Source of the DNA: an uncultured Acidimicrobiales bacterium
Lineage (GTDB): Bacteria; Actinomycetota; Acidimicrobiia; Acidimicrobiales; RAAP-2
Assembly (NCBI GenBank): GCA_963713625.1
Contig: CAVQMN010000009.1
Span: 84,093 to 148,092, forward strand
Reading direction: 5' to 3'
DNA length: 64,000 nucleotides
Of the stretch, positions 11,310 to 20,057 are shown one piece after another; the stretch's first letter is position 1, and every line of letters begins with the position of its first letter. The notes under the pieces are model-generated. The model worked only from the letters and a program-made list of their open reading frames with translations. It was not told the DNA's origin and searched no databases. The translations under genes were made by a program, and so were the position numbers.

Positions 11310-12040
11310 CCGGCTGGAGGCCCGACGGCGGACACGGGCTCGAGTCGGTGACCGAGCTGCTGACCACCAGCGGGTTCACCGTGGTCGGTCGCCTGCCGTG
11401 GAGCTCGAACCTGACCTATCTGGTCAGCCTGGACGCCGCCGGTGACGACCCGGTCGAGGCCGTCTACAAGCCGGCCGGGGGCGAGCGGTCACTGTGGGAC
11501 TTCCCGGACGGTCTGTACCGGCGGGAAGTGGCGGCCTATGCCCTCTCCGAGGCGCTGGGCTGGGGCCTCGTCCCACCCACCGTGAACCGTGAGGACGGCC
11601 CACTGGGCGAGGGATCGCTCCAGCTCTTCGTCGAAGCCGACTACGAGCAGCACTACTTCACGCTGTTCGACGAAGGTGGTTACGAGTCCGTCCTGCAGGC
11701 CATGTGCGCGTTCGACGTGGTGGCCAACAACGCGGATCGCAAGAGCGGTCACGTGCTGAAGGGCTCCGACGGCCGGCTGTGGGGGATCGACCACGGGCTG
11801 TGCTTCCACCGGCAGTCCAAACTGCGCACGGTGATCTGGGACTTCGCCGAGGAGCCGGTTCCCGACGACCTGCTGGCCGACCTGGCCGGGCTGGTCTCCG
11901 ACCTGCCCGACGACGTGGCCCGTCTCCTTTCGGGGCCCGAGCGGGCCGCACTCGAGCACCGGGCCGGGCACCTGTTGGACACAGGCGTCTTTCCGGATCC
12001 GGTCGGCGACCACCCCCCGTATCCCTGGCCACTGGTCTGA
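11306..12040 (+). CDS. SCO1664 family protein (PI3/PI4-kinase-like fold)
   Basis: SSNLTYLV...AVYKPAGGERSLWDFP...NNADRKSGHVL...IDHGLCF (kinase catalytic-loop and DxG-like motifs). GTG at 11306 overlaps the DUF3090 stop (GTGA). The longest ORF would start at 11237. Confidence 0.8.
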   Translation: MTGWRPDGGHGLESVTELLTTSGFTVVGRLPWSSNLTYLVSLDAAGDDPVEAVYKPAGGERSLWDFPDGLYRREVAAYALSEALGWGLVPPTVNREDGPLGEGSLQLFVEADYEQHYFTLFDEGGYESVLQAMCAFDVVANNADRKSGHVLKGSDGRLWGIDHGLCFHRQSKLRTVIWDFAEEPVPDDLLADLAGLVSDLPDDVARLLSGPERAALEHRAGHLLDTGVFPDPVGDHPPYPWPLV

Positions 12041-12074
12041 ATCCCCGACGGTGGCCTGAATCGCCGGGCGGTGG

Positions 12075-12139
12075 CCTGAGCCCACAGCCTGAGCCCACGG
12101 CCTGAGCCCACGGTCTGAGCCCACGGTCTGAGCCCACGG
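12075..12139 (+). repeat. 13-bp tandem repeat (YCTGAGCCCACRG x5)
   Basis: Units start at 12075, 12088, 12101, 12114 and 12127. Related GGTGGCCTGA copies lie at about 12050 and 12070. Located in the convergent intergenic region after the SCO1664-family gene. Confidence 0.9.
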
Positions 12140-12146
12140 CCCAGCT

Positions 12147-14006
12147 CTACCTGCGGTTGGAGTGGCGGACAGGGGGACGGGGCGGCGGAGTCTTGAGCGC
12201 CTGGACCAGCAGTGATGCGTAGTACTTGGCCCCCGGAGGATCGAGGTGCACGCCGTCCGGATAGAAGTACTGGGGATAGGCCGCGCTGTCCGCGTACCAG
12301 TTGACCACGGTGGCGTTGGGGTAGGACTGGGCGACGGCGGCGATGGTCTCGTTGACCTGCTGCTGCCACGGCCGCGGCACCCGGGTGTTGACCAGCACGA
12401 TCTTGCGCATGGGACCGAAGGAGTTGATGAGGTCCTCCATCTGCGACACCGAGTAGGGGCCGTTGGTCCCGAGTTCGAGGATCAGCCGGTCACCCACCGC
12501 CCCTTCCGACTTGAGCTGGGCCACGTCGGACTGCACCTGGTAGAGCTGCTGGCCCACCTGCGCGTCGATGGCGATACCGGGAAGCATCTCTTGGAGGTAC
12601 GGAGCCGCATCGACCATGATCGAGTCCCCGATGGCGGTCACGTCCTGGCCGGCCGGCGGAGGGGCGGTGGTCGTCGTGGAGGCCGTGCCGGTGCCGGTAT
12701 GCGACGTGGTCGTGGTGCTCGGCGTCGTCGTGTGGTGACGGGGCACGGGCACGATGCTCGTGATCTGTGACGCGGGGTCGGCGGCCGACGCCGAGACGAC
12801 ACCGAAGAGGCCGAGGGCACAGACGGCCGCGTTGACCAGGACACCGCCGACCAGGACCCAGCCGACGGGCCGCAACTGCGGCCAGTGCCAGTCGTGGGTG
12901 CGGATCCGCTCCCACTGCCGGCCCAGTGAGCCGTGACGGACCGGTTGTTCGATGTAGCGCCAGGACAGGGCGGCGATGACCAGGGTGGCGGCGATCTGGA
13001 GGACGGCCCGGAACACATTGGGCGGGGCGTTCACGGGGGTGGTCAGGACGATGACCGGGTAGTGCCAGAGGTAGATGGCATAGGACCGCTCCCCCACCCA
13101 GCGGAGCGGTTCCCACCCGAGGACGGTCCGGAGCTGGGACCCGGGATGGATGGTGACACCGATGACCAGGGCGGTGAGGACGGCGAGCAGGAGCATGCCC
13201 CCCTGGTAGGGGAAGGCGCCGTACTGGGTGGTGCCCCAGTACATGGCCAGGATCCCGAGCAGCGACGCGCCGCCGACGACGTTGAGCAGGCGTCGGGCGT
13301 TGGGTGTGACCGCGGCGAAGGGACGGCTCCGTGGCAACCACATGGCCAGGGCGGCGCCGATCAGCAGGGCAAAGGCGCGGGTGTCGGTGCCGTCGTAGAT
13401 GCGGGTCGGATTGAAGCCCGGGGCGGAGGAGTAGAGGAGGGCCATCTCCAGCGCCGACACCGTGGCCACGCCCAGGGTGACCAGGATCATGGCCCGCTTG
13501 GTGTGGAGCCAGTGGAATCCGGCCAGAATCAGGAGTGGCCACACCAGGTAGAACTGCTCCTCGATGGCCAGCGACCACAGGTGCCCGAGGGGCGAGGGCG
13601 GCCCGAATCTGGCGAAGTAGGAGACGTGGTGGAAGATGTACCACCAGTTGCTGAAGTAGAAGATCCCAGCCGGAAGATCACTGCGCAGGGCGGCCAGCTG
13701 ACTCCGGTCGAACAGCGTGGCCCAGCCCACGGTCACGAACAGCATCACGAAGAGTGCGGGCAGGAGCCTTCTCGCCCGCCGGATCCAGAAGTTCTTCAAG
13801 CCGATGCCGCGGTGACGGCCGTACTCGGCCATCAGCAGATCGGTGATCAGGTATCCGGAGAGCACGAAGAAGACCTGGACGCCGAGCAGGCCCCCCTGGG
13901 CCCAGCCGAAGTTGAGGTGGTAGGCGATGACGGCCAGGACGGCCACGGCGCGCAGCCCGTCCAGCCCCCGAAGATAGGGGCTGGTTCCCTCAACTGGCCT
14001 AGGCAC
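12147..14006 (-). CDS. Acyltransferase family 3 membrane protein with C-terminal SGNH-like domain (OafA/YrhL type)
   Basis: 619 aa. N-terminus LDGLRAVAVLAVIAYHL..VFFVLSGYLIT plus about 10 TM helices. A Thr/Pro-rich linker leads to the VTAIGDSIMVDAAP (GDS) domain. Confidence 0.9.
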   Translation of the reverse strand: MPRPVEGTSPYLRGLDGLRAVAVLAVIAYHLNFGWAQGGLLGVQVFFVLSGYLITDLLMAEYGRHRGIGLKNFWIRRARRLLPALFVMLFVTVGWATLFDRSQLAALRSDLPAGIFYFSNWWYIFHHVSYFARFGPPSPLGHLWSLAIEEQFYLVWPLLILAGFHWLHTKRAMILVTLGVATVSALEMALLYSSAPGFNPTRIYDGTDTRAFALLIGAALAMWLPRSRPFAAVTPNARRLLNVVGGASLLGILAMYWGTTQYGAFPYQGGMLLLAVLTALVIGVTIHPGSQLRTVLGWEPLRWVGERSYAIYLWHYPVIVLTTPVNAPPNVFRAVLQIAATLVIAALSWRYIEQPVRHGSLGRQWERIRTHDWHWPQLRPVGWVLVGGVLVNAAVCALGLFGVVSASAADPASQITSIVPVPRHHTTTPSTTTTSHTGTGTASTTTTAPPPAGQDVTAIGDSIMVDAAPYLQEMLPGIAIDAQVGQQLYQVQSDVAQLKSEGAVGDRLILELGTNGPYSVSQMEDLINSFGPMRKIVLVNTRVPRPWQQQVNETIAAVAQSYPNATVVNWYADSAAYPQYFYPDGVHLDPPGAKYYASLLVQALKTPPPRPPVRHSNRR

Positions 14007-14369
14007 GGTTCGCCCGCACCAGCGGGGCGCTCACCGTCGGCGGCTCGACACGTCCGCCGGCTGAGGGAAACGCCGGCGCCCACGCTCCGCCGAGCCTCTC
14101 GTTCTGATCGGGACGGCTGCGGCGGGGTCGAGCGGTGACGATCACTTCCCTGAGGGTCGGAGCAGAAAGGCGAATCCGGGCCAACATTATGGCACGCCCT
14201 CTTCGCCGTCCGTGGTTCACGTTCCGCGAAACCCGCGACCTGGCCGCACCCGGTACACGGGCACCCGTCGGAGCGATAGTCCCCTCCCGGCACCGCCGGC
14301 GGGGGTCCGCTGACCACCCCCGTCCCCCGGTCCCCCGGCCCGGTGGTTACACCGGCCGCCCGAGCACGG

Positions 14370-15341
14370 TCAGCCGCGCGCCTTGATCGCCTCGATCAGC
14401 TGCGGCAGCACCTTGTGCACGTCGCCCACGATCCCGAGGTCGGCCACCGAAAAGATGGGGGCGTCCTGGTCCTTGTTGATGGCGACGATGTTCTTCGAGT
14501 TCTTCATCCCCACCAGGTGCTGGGTGGCGCCGGAGATCCCACAGGCCACATAGACGGTGGGCTTGACCGTTTTCCCGGTCTGTCCGACCTGGTGCGAGTA
14601 GGGCACCCACCCGGCATCGACAATGGCCCGGCTGGCCCCGGCCGCCCCATGGAGCAGGGTGGCCAGTTCTTCGATGAGTGCGTACTGGTCCTTCTCCCCG
14701 AGGCCCCGGCCGCCCGACACCACGACGTCGGCTTCGTCGAGTTTCGGTCCGGTCCGCTCTTCGACATGGTGGGCCACCACCTTGGCCGCCCCGGTGGCGC
14801 CCGTGTCCGGGGCGGGAGCGGCCACCACGGCGGCCGGCGCTCCACCGGAAGGTTCGGCCGCGAACGACTTGGCCCGGATCACGAAGATGCCCGGACCCTC
14901 GCCGGTGAAGCGGGCGAAGGCGATCTGGCTGCCGCCGAAGATGGCGTGCTGGGTGACCAGTCCCCCGTCGACCTCGGTGAGGTCGACCACATTGGTCAGC
15001 ACCGGGCGGTCGAGCTTGACCGAGAGGCGGGCGGCGATGTCGCGGCCGTCGTAGGTGGCTGGGAACAGGATGGCGTCGGGAGCCGAGCCGGCGCCGATGG
15101 CTGCAGCAATGGCGGCGGCAACCGGTGCTCCGGGAAGGGCCCCGCCGAGGTCTCCCACGTCGTGCACGGTGGTGGCCCCGTACTCTCCCAGGGTGCCGGC
15201 CACCGATGCGGTGGCGTCACCCCAGGCCACGGCTTCCACCGTCCCGGCCAGGGCGCGGGCCTGGGTCAGCAGTTCGAGCGAGGTGGTGATGGGAGCCCCG
15301 TCCGCCACTTCGGCGAGGACCCAGATCTTGTCGACAGACAT
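14370..15341 (-). CDS. etfA: Electron transfer flavoprotein subunit alpha
   Basis: 323 aa with FAD-binding C-terminal region [19 protein letters not shown]. Lies immediately downstream of etfB. Confidence 0.95.
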   Translation of the reverse strand: MSVDKIWVLAEVADGAPITTSLELLTQARALAGTVEAVAWGDATASVAGTLGEYGATTVHDVGDLGGALPGAPVAAAIAAAIGAGSAPDAILFPATYDGRDIAARLSVKLDRPVLTNVVDLTEVDGGLVTQHAIFGGSQIAFARFTGEGPGIFVIRAKSFAAEPSGGAPAAVVAAPAPDTGATGAAKVVAHHVEERTGPKLDEADVVVSGGRGLGEKDQYALIEELATLLHGAAGASRAIVDAGWVPYSHQVGQTGKTVKPTVYVACGISGATQHLVGMKNSKNIVAINKDQDAPIFSVADLGIVGDVHKVLPQLIEAIKARG

Positions 15342-15366
15342 GTGTGCTTGTTCTCCTACCCGATCC

Positions 15367-16146
15367 CTACAGGACCTTCAATTGCTCGAGAAATTCGATG
15401 ACCCGCTGGTACCCCTCGCCTTCGTCGACGACGATCTCGCCGGCCGAACGCGCCTCGGCTTCCGCCACCTGGGTGATCTCCTGGCGGGCGCCGGCCGCGC
15501 CGATCTGCGCGGCATCGAGGCCGAGGTCGGCCACGGTGAGCGTCTCCACCGGCTTCGACTTGGCCGCCATGATCCCCTTGAACGACGGGTAGCGGGGCTC
15601 GACCACACCGGCCGTCACCGTGACCACGGCCGGCAGCGGGCTCTCCACCTCGTCGTATCCGGCCTCGGTCTGGCGGTCGACTTTGACCGAATCACCGGTG
15701 ACCTCGACCTTCTTGGCAAACGTCACCGACGGAAGACCCAGCAGCTCGGCGATCTGCACCGGGGTGGTCCCGGTGTAGCCGTCGGTGGACTCGGTGGCCG
15801 CCAGGATCAGGTCGGGCTCGACCCGCTTGATGGCCGCGGCCAACACCTTGGCCGTTCCCAGCGCGTCCGTCCCGGCGAGGATGTCATCACTGATGAGGAT
15901 GGCCTTGGCCGCGCCCATGGCCAGTGCGGTGCGAAGCCCGGAGGTCTCGCCGTTGGGTGCCATCGAGACGAGGGTCACGTCCCCGCCGCCGGCGGCATCG
16001 GCCAGCTGCAGCGCCATCTCCACGCCGTAGGAGTCGGAATCGTCGAGAATGAGTTTTCCCTCTCGGACAAGGTTCTTTGTCCCCGGATCGAGTGCCGGCG
16101 GAGCGGCCGGATCGGGGATCTGTTTCACGCAGACAACGACGTTCAT
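15367..16146 (-). CDS. etfB: Electron transfer flavoprotein subunit beta
   Basis: ATG at 16146 gives [17 protein letters not shown]..., 259 aa. The upstream part of the 396-aa ORF was rejected. Confidence 0.95.
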   Translation of the reverse strand: MNVVVCVKQIPDPAAPPALDPGTKNLVREGKLILDDSDSYGVEMALQLADAAGGGDVTLVSMAPNGETSGLRTALAMGAAKAILISDDILAGTDALGTAKVLAAAIKRVEPDLILAATESTDGYTGTTPVQIAELLGLPSVTFAKKVEVTGDSVKVDRQTEAGYDEVESPLPAVVTVTAGVVEPRYPSFKGIMAAKSKPVETLTVADLGLDAAQIGAAGARQEITQVAEAEARSAGEIVVDEGEGYQRVIEFLEQLKVL

Positions 16147-16292
16147 GGGCGTGCATTGTTGTTGAAATCTGACCTCTGGACCAATCGGGCCGCGATCCCA
16201 GGTCAGGACACCCGGTCCCCGGGCCACCGGCGGGGCGCGATCCGAGCGGGTCCCCCGGTCGGGACCCGTACCGGCCCGGCCCCTGGTCAGGA

Positions 16293-16313
16293 CCGGATCC
16301 GGAGGGGATCCGG
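16293..16313 (-). terminator. Hairpin after glpQ-like gene (8-bp stem CCGGATCC / GGATCCGG, 5-nt loop)
   Basis: Perfect inverted repeat 7 nt downstream of the stop at 16320. No U-tract, as is common in Actinobacteria. Confidence 0.45.
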
Positions 16314-16319
16314 GCTCGG

Positions 16320-17048
16320 TCAGGACCCTCGGAGCACGCCCAGCGCCAGTCGCACGTCGTCGGTGATGACGGTGTCCACGCCGGCATCGGCCGCCTTCCC
16401 GAAATCCGCCCGATCGTTGACTGTCCAGGTGGCGACGGAGAGTCCGACCTCGTGGGCCCGGTCCACCAGGGAGGCGCCCACCACGTCGATATGGGGGTGG
16501 AGAGCGGTGCAGCCGCGGTCCGTGGCCACGGCGACGCCTTCCAGGGGATCGAACCACGAGGCGATGAGCAACCCGGTGTCCAGGTCGGCCTGGGCGTGGC
16601 GGACCGCGTCGAGGCTGTCCGGCCAGAACGACGAGATGACCACGCTCGACCGCCGCCCGACCGCCACCACCAGATCGGCCACCTCTCTGGCCGTGACATC
16701 GTCGGGATCGAAACCCTGCTCGCCGGGCAGGTTCTTGATCTCGATGTTCACCATGAGCCCGTCACAGATCTCGAGGACGTCGGGCAGCAGCGGGACGTAC
16801 GCCGGAAGCTCGGCCGCGGTCAGCTCATGGATGGCACCGGCACCCTCGACCACCGCGTCGTGATGGATGGCCAGCGCACCGTCCGAGGTCATCCGGACGT
16901 CGAGCTCGACCCCGTCGGCGCCCAGTTCGCGGGCGCGGAGGAAGGCCGCGAGCGAATTTTCGCGGACCTCGTGACCGGGATCGGGACTGCCCCGGTGGGC
17001 CTGCACCGCGATTGATCCCAACGTCGCCAGCCCTCCCCTGTCAGCCAC
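16320..17048 (-). CDS. Glycerophosphodiester phosphodiesterase
   Basis: 242 aa: AHRGSP..ENSLAAFLRARELGADGVELDVRMTSDGALAIHHD (GDPD family signature). Confidence 0.9.
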   Translation of the reverse strand: MADRGGLATLGSIAVQAHRGSPDPGHEVRENSLAAFLRARELGADGVELDVRMTSDGALAIHHDAVVEGAGAIHELTAAELPAYVPLLPDVLEICDGLMVNIEIKNLPGEQGFDPDDVTAREVADLVVAVGRRSSVVISSFWPDSLDAVRHAQADLDTGLLIASWFDPLEGVAVATDRGCTALHPHIDVVGASLVDRAHEVGLSVATWTVNDRADFGKAADAGVDTVITDDVRLALGVLRGS

Positions 17049-17175
17049 CGGTCCGGGACATGGAACGCGCCGAAATGCCGTGAAATCGATCCCAAGACTG
17101 CTTGCAACGGTGGGTACCGGTGATTACTCTAATGAACGAACCCTGAACGGCCGGTGACAAGTTGGCGCCGAGCTA

Positions 17176-17191
17176 TGTGAAACAGATCACA
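17176..17191. promoter_or_regulatory. CRP/FNR-family (cAMP receptor protein) binding site, perfect TGTGA-N6-TCACA
   Basis: TGTGAaacagaTCACA lies 37 nt upstream of the whiB GTG (17228). In M. tuberculosis whiB1 is directly CRP-regulated through sites of this consensus. Confidence 0.6.
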
Positions 17192-17227
17192 AACTGGAAT
17201 CTCGGGAACGGGAGCGGAGGAAGCATC

Positions 17228-17518
17228 GTGGCTCTTATGTGGAACCGTACGGTCGAGTGGGACGACAACGACTGGAGGCAGCTGGCAGCCTGCCGCAGCA
17301 CTGAACCCGATCTCTTCTTCCCCATCGGGACGACCGGTCCGGCCATCGACCAGATCGATGCCGCCAAGCGGGTCTGCAGCGGATGCGACGCCATGGAACC
17401 CTGTCTCGACTTCGCCCTGGCCACCAACCAGGAGTCGGGCGTCTGGGGTGGGACCTCCGAAGACGAGCGGCGCAAGCTGCGGAAGGTCTGGCTGGCCGCT
17501 CGCCGCCGGGCTTCTTGA
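17228..17518 (+). CDS. whiB: WhiB family transcriptional regulator (WhiB1-like)
   Basis: Four Cys (AACRS...VCSGCDAMEPC), GVWGG turn and a basic C-terminal tail. GTG at 17228 lies 7 nt after GGAGG (17216-17220). Alternative ATG at 17237; the track ORF starts at 17162. Confidence 0.9.
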   Translation: MALMWNRTVEWDDNDWRQLAACRSTEPDLFFPIGTTGPAIDQIDAAKRVCSGCDAMEPCLDFALATNQESGVWGGTSEDERRKLRKVWLAARRRAS

Positions 17519-17536
17519 ACCCACTCGCCTGAATCG

Positions 17537-17551
17537 CGGGATCGGATCCCG
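17537..17551. terminator. Palindrome CGGGATCgGATCCCG between convergent whiB and pdtaS
   Basis: Perfect 7+7 palindrome in the 73-bp convergent spacer. Confidence 0.35.
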
Positions 17552-17591
17552 TTCCCGCTCCCCTCCGGGCTCTCCGAGCCCCACCCGGTTC

Positions 17592-19160
17592 CTACAGCCC
17601 CACCCGTTGGAGTTCGGCGGCCGGGAGCTCGATGGCCACCACCGTTCCCGGTTCCCCCGGGTGGACATCGCTGCGGTTGCGCATGGTGATCGTGCCCTCC
17701 AACTGACTCCGGACGAGGTCGCGCACGATGGAGAGCCCGAGGCTCTCGGAGGCGTCGATGTCGAAGCCCTCGGGAAGTCCGGCACCGTCGTCGATGACCT
17801 CGAGGGTGAGGTTGTTGAGGTCATTGACCAGGTGGACCTGGATGTGGCCGACCGGCTGCGGCGGGATGTCGGCGCCACCGGACGACCCTCGGTGGTCGCC
17901 CCTCCTGCCGTCCTCTGCGTCCAGCTCGGGGAAGGCATGCTCGACGGCGTTCTGGAGGAGCTCGGCCAGGACGACGGCCAGGGGCGTGGCCACGTCGGCC
18001 GGGACCTCGCCCAGTCCCCCGATCACCTCGAAGGTCAACGGCCGGGAGAGGACGACCGAGTCCTCGGCCATGCGGATCAACGAAGTCACGATCTCCTCGA
18101 AGGGCACCTGGTCCCCGGGGTCTCGGGAGAGGATCTCGTGCACGATGGCGATCGAGCGCACCCGGCGCTCGGCCTCGAAGAGCGCCACCCTCCCGCCGCC
18201 GGGCGGGAGTCGACGGGCCTGGAGCCGCAACAGGGCCGAGATGGTCTGGAGGTTGTTCTTCACCCGGTGGTGCACCTCGCGGATGGCCGCGTCCTTGGAC
18301 AGCAACAGCCGGTCCAGACGACGGACGTCGGTGACGTCGCGCAGGAGGACCAGGCAGCCGGTCACGGCCTCGTCGGACACCAGCGGGATGCAGTGCAGCA
18401 GCACGGTCACATCGGGCCGCCGCTCGACCTCTTCGACCACCGGAAGGGCCGACGCCAGCGCCCACTCGATGGCAGACTCCTCGATGCCCAGGTCGGTGAG
18501 GCGCCGGCCCTCGATCTGGGAATACATGCCCATCCGGTGGAGGGCGTTGGTGGCGTTGGGCGAGGCGTAGCGGACGCGGCCCTCCTCATCGACCAGGACG
18601 ACGCCGTCCCCCACCCTCGGGGCCTCTTCGGTGGCCACCTCCTCGCTCGGGAACGGAAAGGTCGACTCCGCCAGCATGACGGCGAACCGCTCGAAGAGGT
18701 CGCGGTAGGTCCGCTCCAGGTGGCCGGGACGCCGACCGGCGCCGGCGGACAGCCGGACCAACACCGCCACCATGGTCCCCTCGCAGCGGACGGGGATGCA
18801 GTGGATCCTCACCGGCTCGTCGTCGGGATCGAGCAGGAGCTCACCCCTCGTCACCTCCCCGGACTGGAGGGTCAGCACCACCTCGGGCCACTGGTCGGTT
18901 CCGACGGACTCCCCCACCAGGTCGTGCTGCACGACGGTGGCGCTGTTCGACGGACGCATCTGACCGAGGACGACCAGCTCGATCCCCTCGTCGGCGTGCT
19001 CCCGGGCCGCCGGGGCCACCGGGGCCAGGAGGACGAGGTCGGAGAAGGACAGGTCGGCCAGGATTCCCCAGGTCCCGAGCAGGCGCTGGAGATGCCCCAG
19101 CTGCACGTCGTCCAGGTTGGTCCGTTCGAATGCCAGCTCCGCGGGGGTGGCCACCGTCAT
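17592..19160 (-). CDS. pdtaS: Sensor histidine kinase, PdtaS-like (GAF/PAS + HisKA_2 + HATPase)
   Basis: 522 aa with H-box EVHHRVKNNLQTISALLRLQ and a C-terminal ATPase domain (DDGAGLPEGFD, SLGLSIV). Adjacent and convergent to whiB, as whiB1/pdtaS are in M. tuberculosis. Confidence 0.85.
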   Translation of the reverse strand: MTVATPAELAFERTNLDDVQLGHLQRLLGTWGILADLSFSDLVLLAPVAPAAREHADEGIELVVLGQMRPSNSATVVQHDLVGESVGTDQWPEVVLTLQSGEVTRGELLLDPDDEPVRIHCIPVRCEGTMVAVLVRLSAGAGRRPGHLERTYRDLFERFAVMLAESTFPFPSEEVATEEAPRVGDGVVLVDEEGRVRYASPNATNALHRMGMYSQIEGRRLTDLGIEESAIEWALASALPVVEEVERRPDVTVLLHCIPLVSDEAVTGCLVLLRDVTDVRRLDRLLLSKDAAIREVHHRVKNNLQTISALLRLQARRLPPGGGRVALFEAERRVRSIAIVHEILSRDPGDQVPFEEIVTSLIRMAEDSVVLSRPLTFEVIGGLGEVPADVATPLAVVLAELLQNAVEHAFPELDAEDGRRGDHRGSSGGADIPPQPVGHIQVHLVNDLNNLTLEVIDDGAGLPEGFDIDASESLGLSIVRDLVRSQLEGTITMRNRSDVHPGEPGTVVAIELPAAELQRVGL

Positions 19161-20041
19161 GCTCCGGCCGGACGGACGACGGGGACGTCGTAGGGCCGAC
19201 GTCCCCGGAACCCCCGGAGCCGGCTGACCCCGGCGCCGGTCAGCAGTCCCCGCAGATCATCAGCCCGATCGGCCACATCGGGCAACGTGTGGGCGTCCGA
19301 GGCCGTGGTCAGGGGGACGCCGCGCTCGACGAACCGCTTGAGCAGAGGGGGAGCGGGGTACTCCTCACCCACCGGCTTCCTCCAACCGGCCGAGGACAGC
19401 TCGGCGGCCATGCCCGAGCGCACGGCGGCCTCGGTGATCCGGTCATAGAACTCGTCCGGCACCGCGGGCACCCGCCCGGCGATCTTGACCAGATCAGGAT
19501 GGGCGAAGACGTCGCACACCCCGGACGCGCCCAGTTCCTCCATGGCCCGGGTGTACTCGTCCCACACCGCGTCGATGTCCCGGACCTCCCACTCGGCCAT
19601 GACCTCGGGGTCGTTGAGCACATCGAAGCGCCAGGTGCCCAACCAGTGCACCGACCCGAGCAGCACATCAAAGGGGTAGCCGTCCAGGAGGCCGGCCACC
19701 TCGTCCATCCGGTCCTGGTAGTAGTCGACCTCGAGACCGAGGACCACGGGCAGCCCTTCGGCCTTCACCGCCTGGACCACCTCCACGTAGTTGTCGAGGT
19801 CGACCCGGGCGTGATGATCCCAGTAGGCGGCCATCCCGGGGCGGAGGTTCTCCCCGGGCAGATCGTTCCAGAAACCGCCGAGCAGATCCTTGGCCTGGGT
19901 GAAACGGAAGAGATGCTCGGTCACCGCAATTTCGGTGACCCCGGCTTCCACCGCGTGCTCGCAGTAGGCGGCCACCTGTTCGACGGTGGTCTGGGCGTCG
20001 CTCTGGGAATGGGGCCACAGATGGAGGTGGTAGTCCAGCAC
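19157..20041 (-). CDS. PHP-family histidinol-phosphatase-like hydrolase
   Basis: GTG at 20041 gives (M)LDYHLHLWPHS...GSVHW...DVFAHPD...TASDAH (PHP metal-binding motifs). Its stop overlaps the pdtaS start (ATGA). The upstream part of the 457-aa ORF was rejected. Confidence 0.8.
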   Translation of the reverse strand: MLDYHLHLWPHSQSDAQTTVEQVAAYCEHAVEAGVTEIAVTEHLFRFTQAKDLLGGFWNDLPGENLRPGMAAYWDHHARVDLDNYVEVVQAVKAEGLPVVLGLEVDYYQDRMDEVAGLLDGYPFDVLLGSVHWLGTWRFDVLNDPEVMAEWEVRDIDAVWDEYTRAMEELGASGVCDVFAHPDLVKIAGRVPAVPDEFYDRITEAAVRSGMAAELSSAGWRKPVGEEYPAPPLLKRFVERGVPLTTASDAHTLPDVADRADDLRGLLTGAGVSRLRGFRGRRPYDVPVVRPAGA

Positions 20042-20057
20042 GGTCGTGCCCGCCCGA

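Noticed and set aside
12075-12139. Possibility that this and the other short tandem arrays (20861, 34421, 35111, 48931, 53927) are CRISPR arrays.
   Set aside because: The units are 10-24 bp and directly abutting with no unique spacers, and there are no cas genes. They are simple tandem repeats.
16201-16326. Three dispersed GGTCAGGAC copies (16201, 16285, 16318) as a repeat element.
   Set aside because: It is a 9-mer with irregular spacing (84 and 33 bp) in GC-rich DNA. The last copy simply contains the glpQ stop, which is insufficient for a feature call.
17079-17094. Second CRP-like site CGTGAaatcgaTCCCA upstream of whiB and glpQ.
   Set aside because: It matches only 8/10 of the consensus, and such matches arise by chance. 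It is mentioned only as a possible auxiliary site.
17358-19193. 611-aa plus-strand ORF.
   Set aside because: It is antisense to the PdtaS-type kinase, which has an unambiguous H-box and ATPase motifs.
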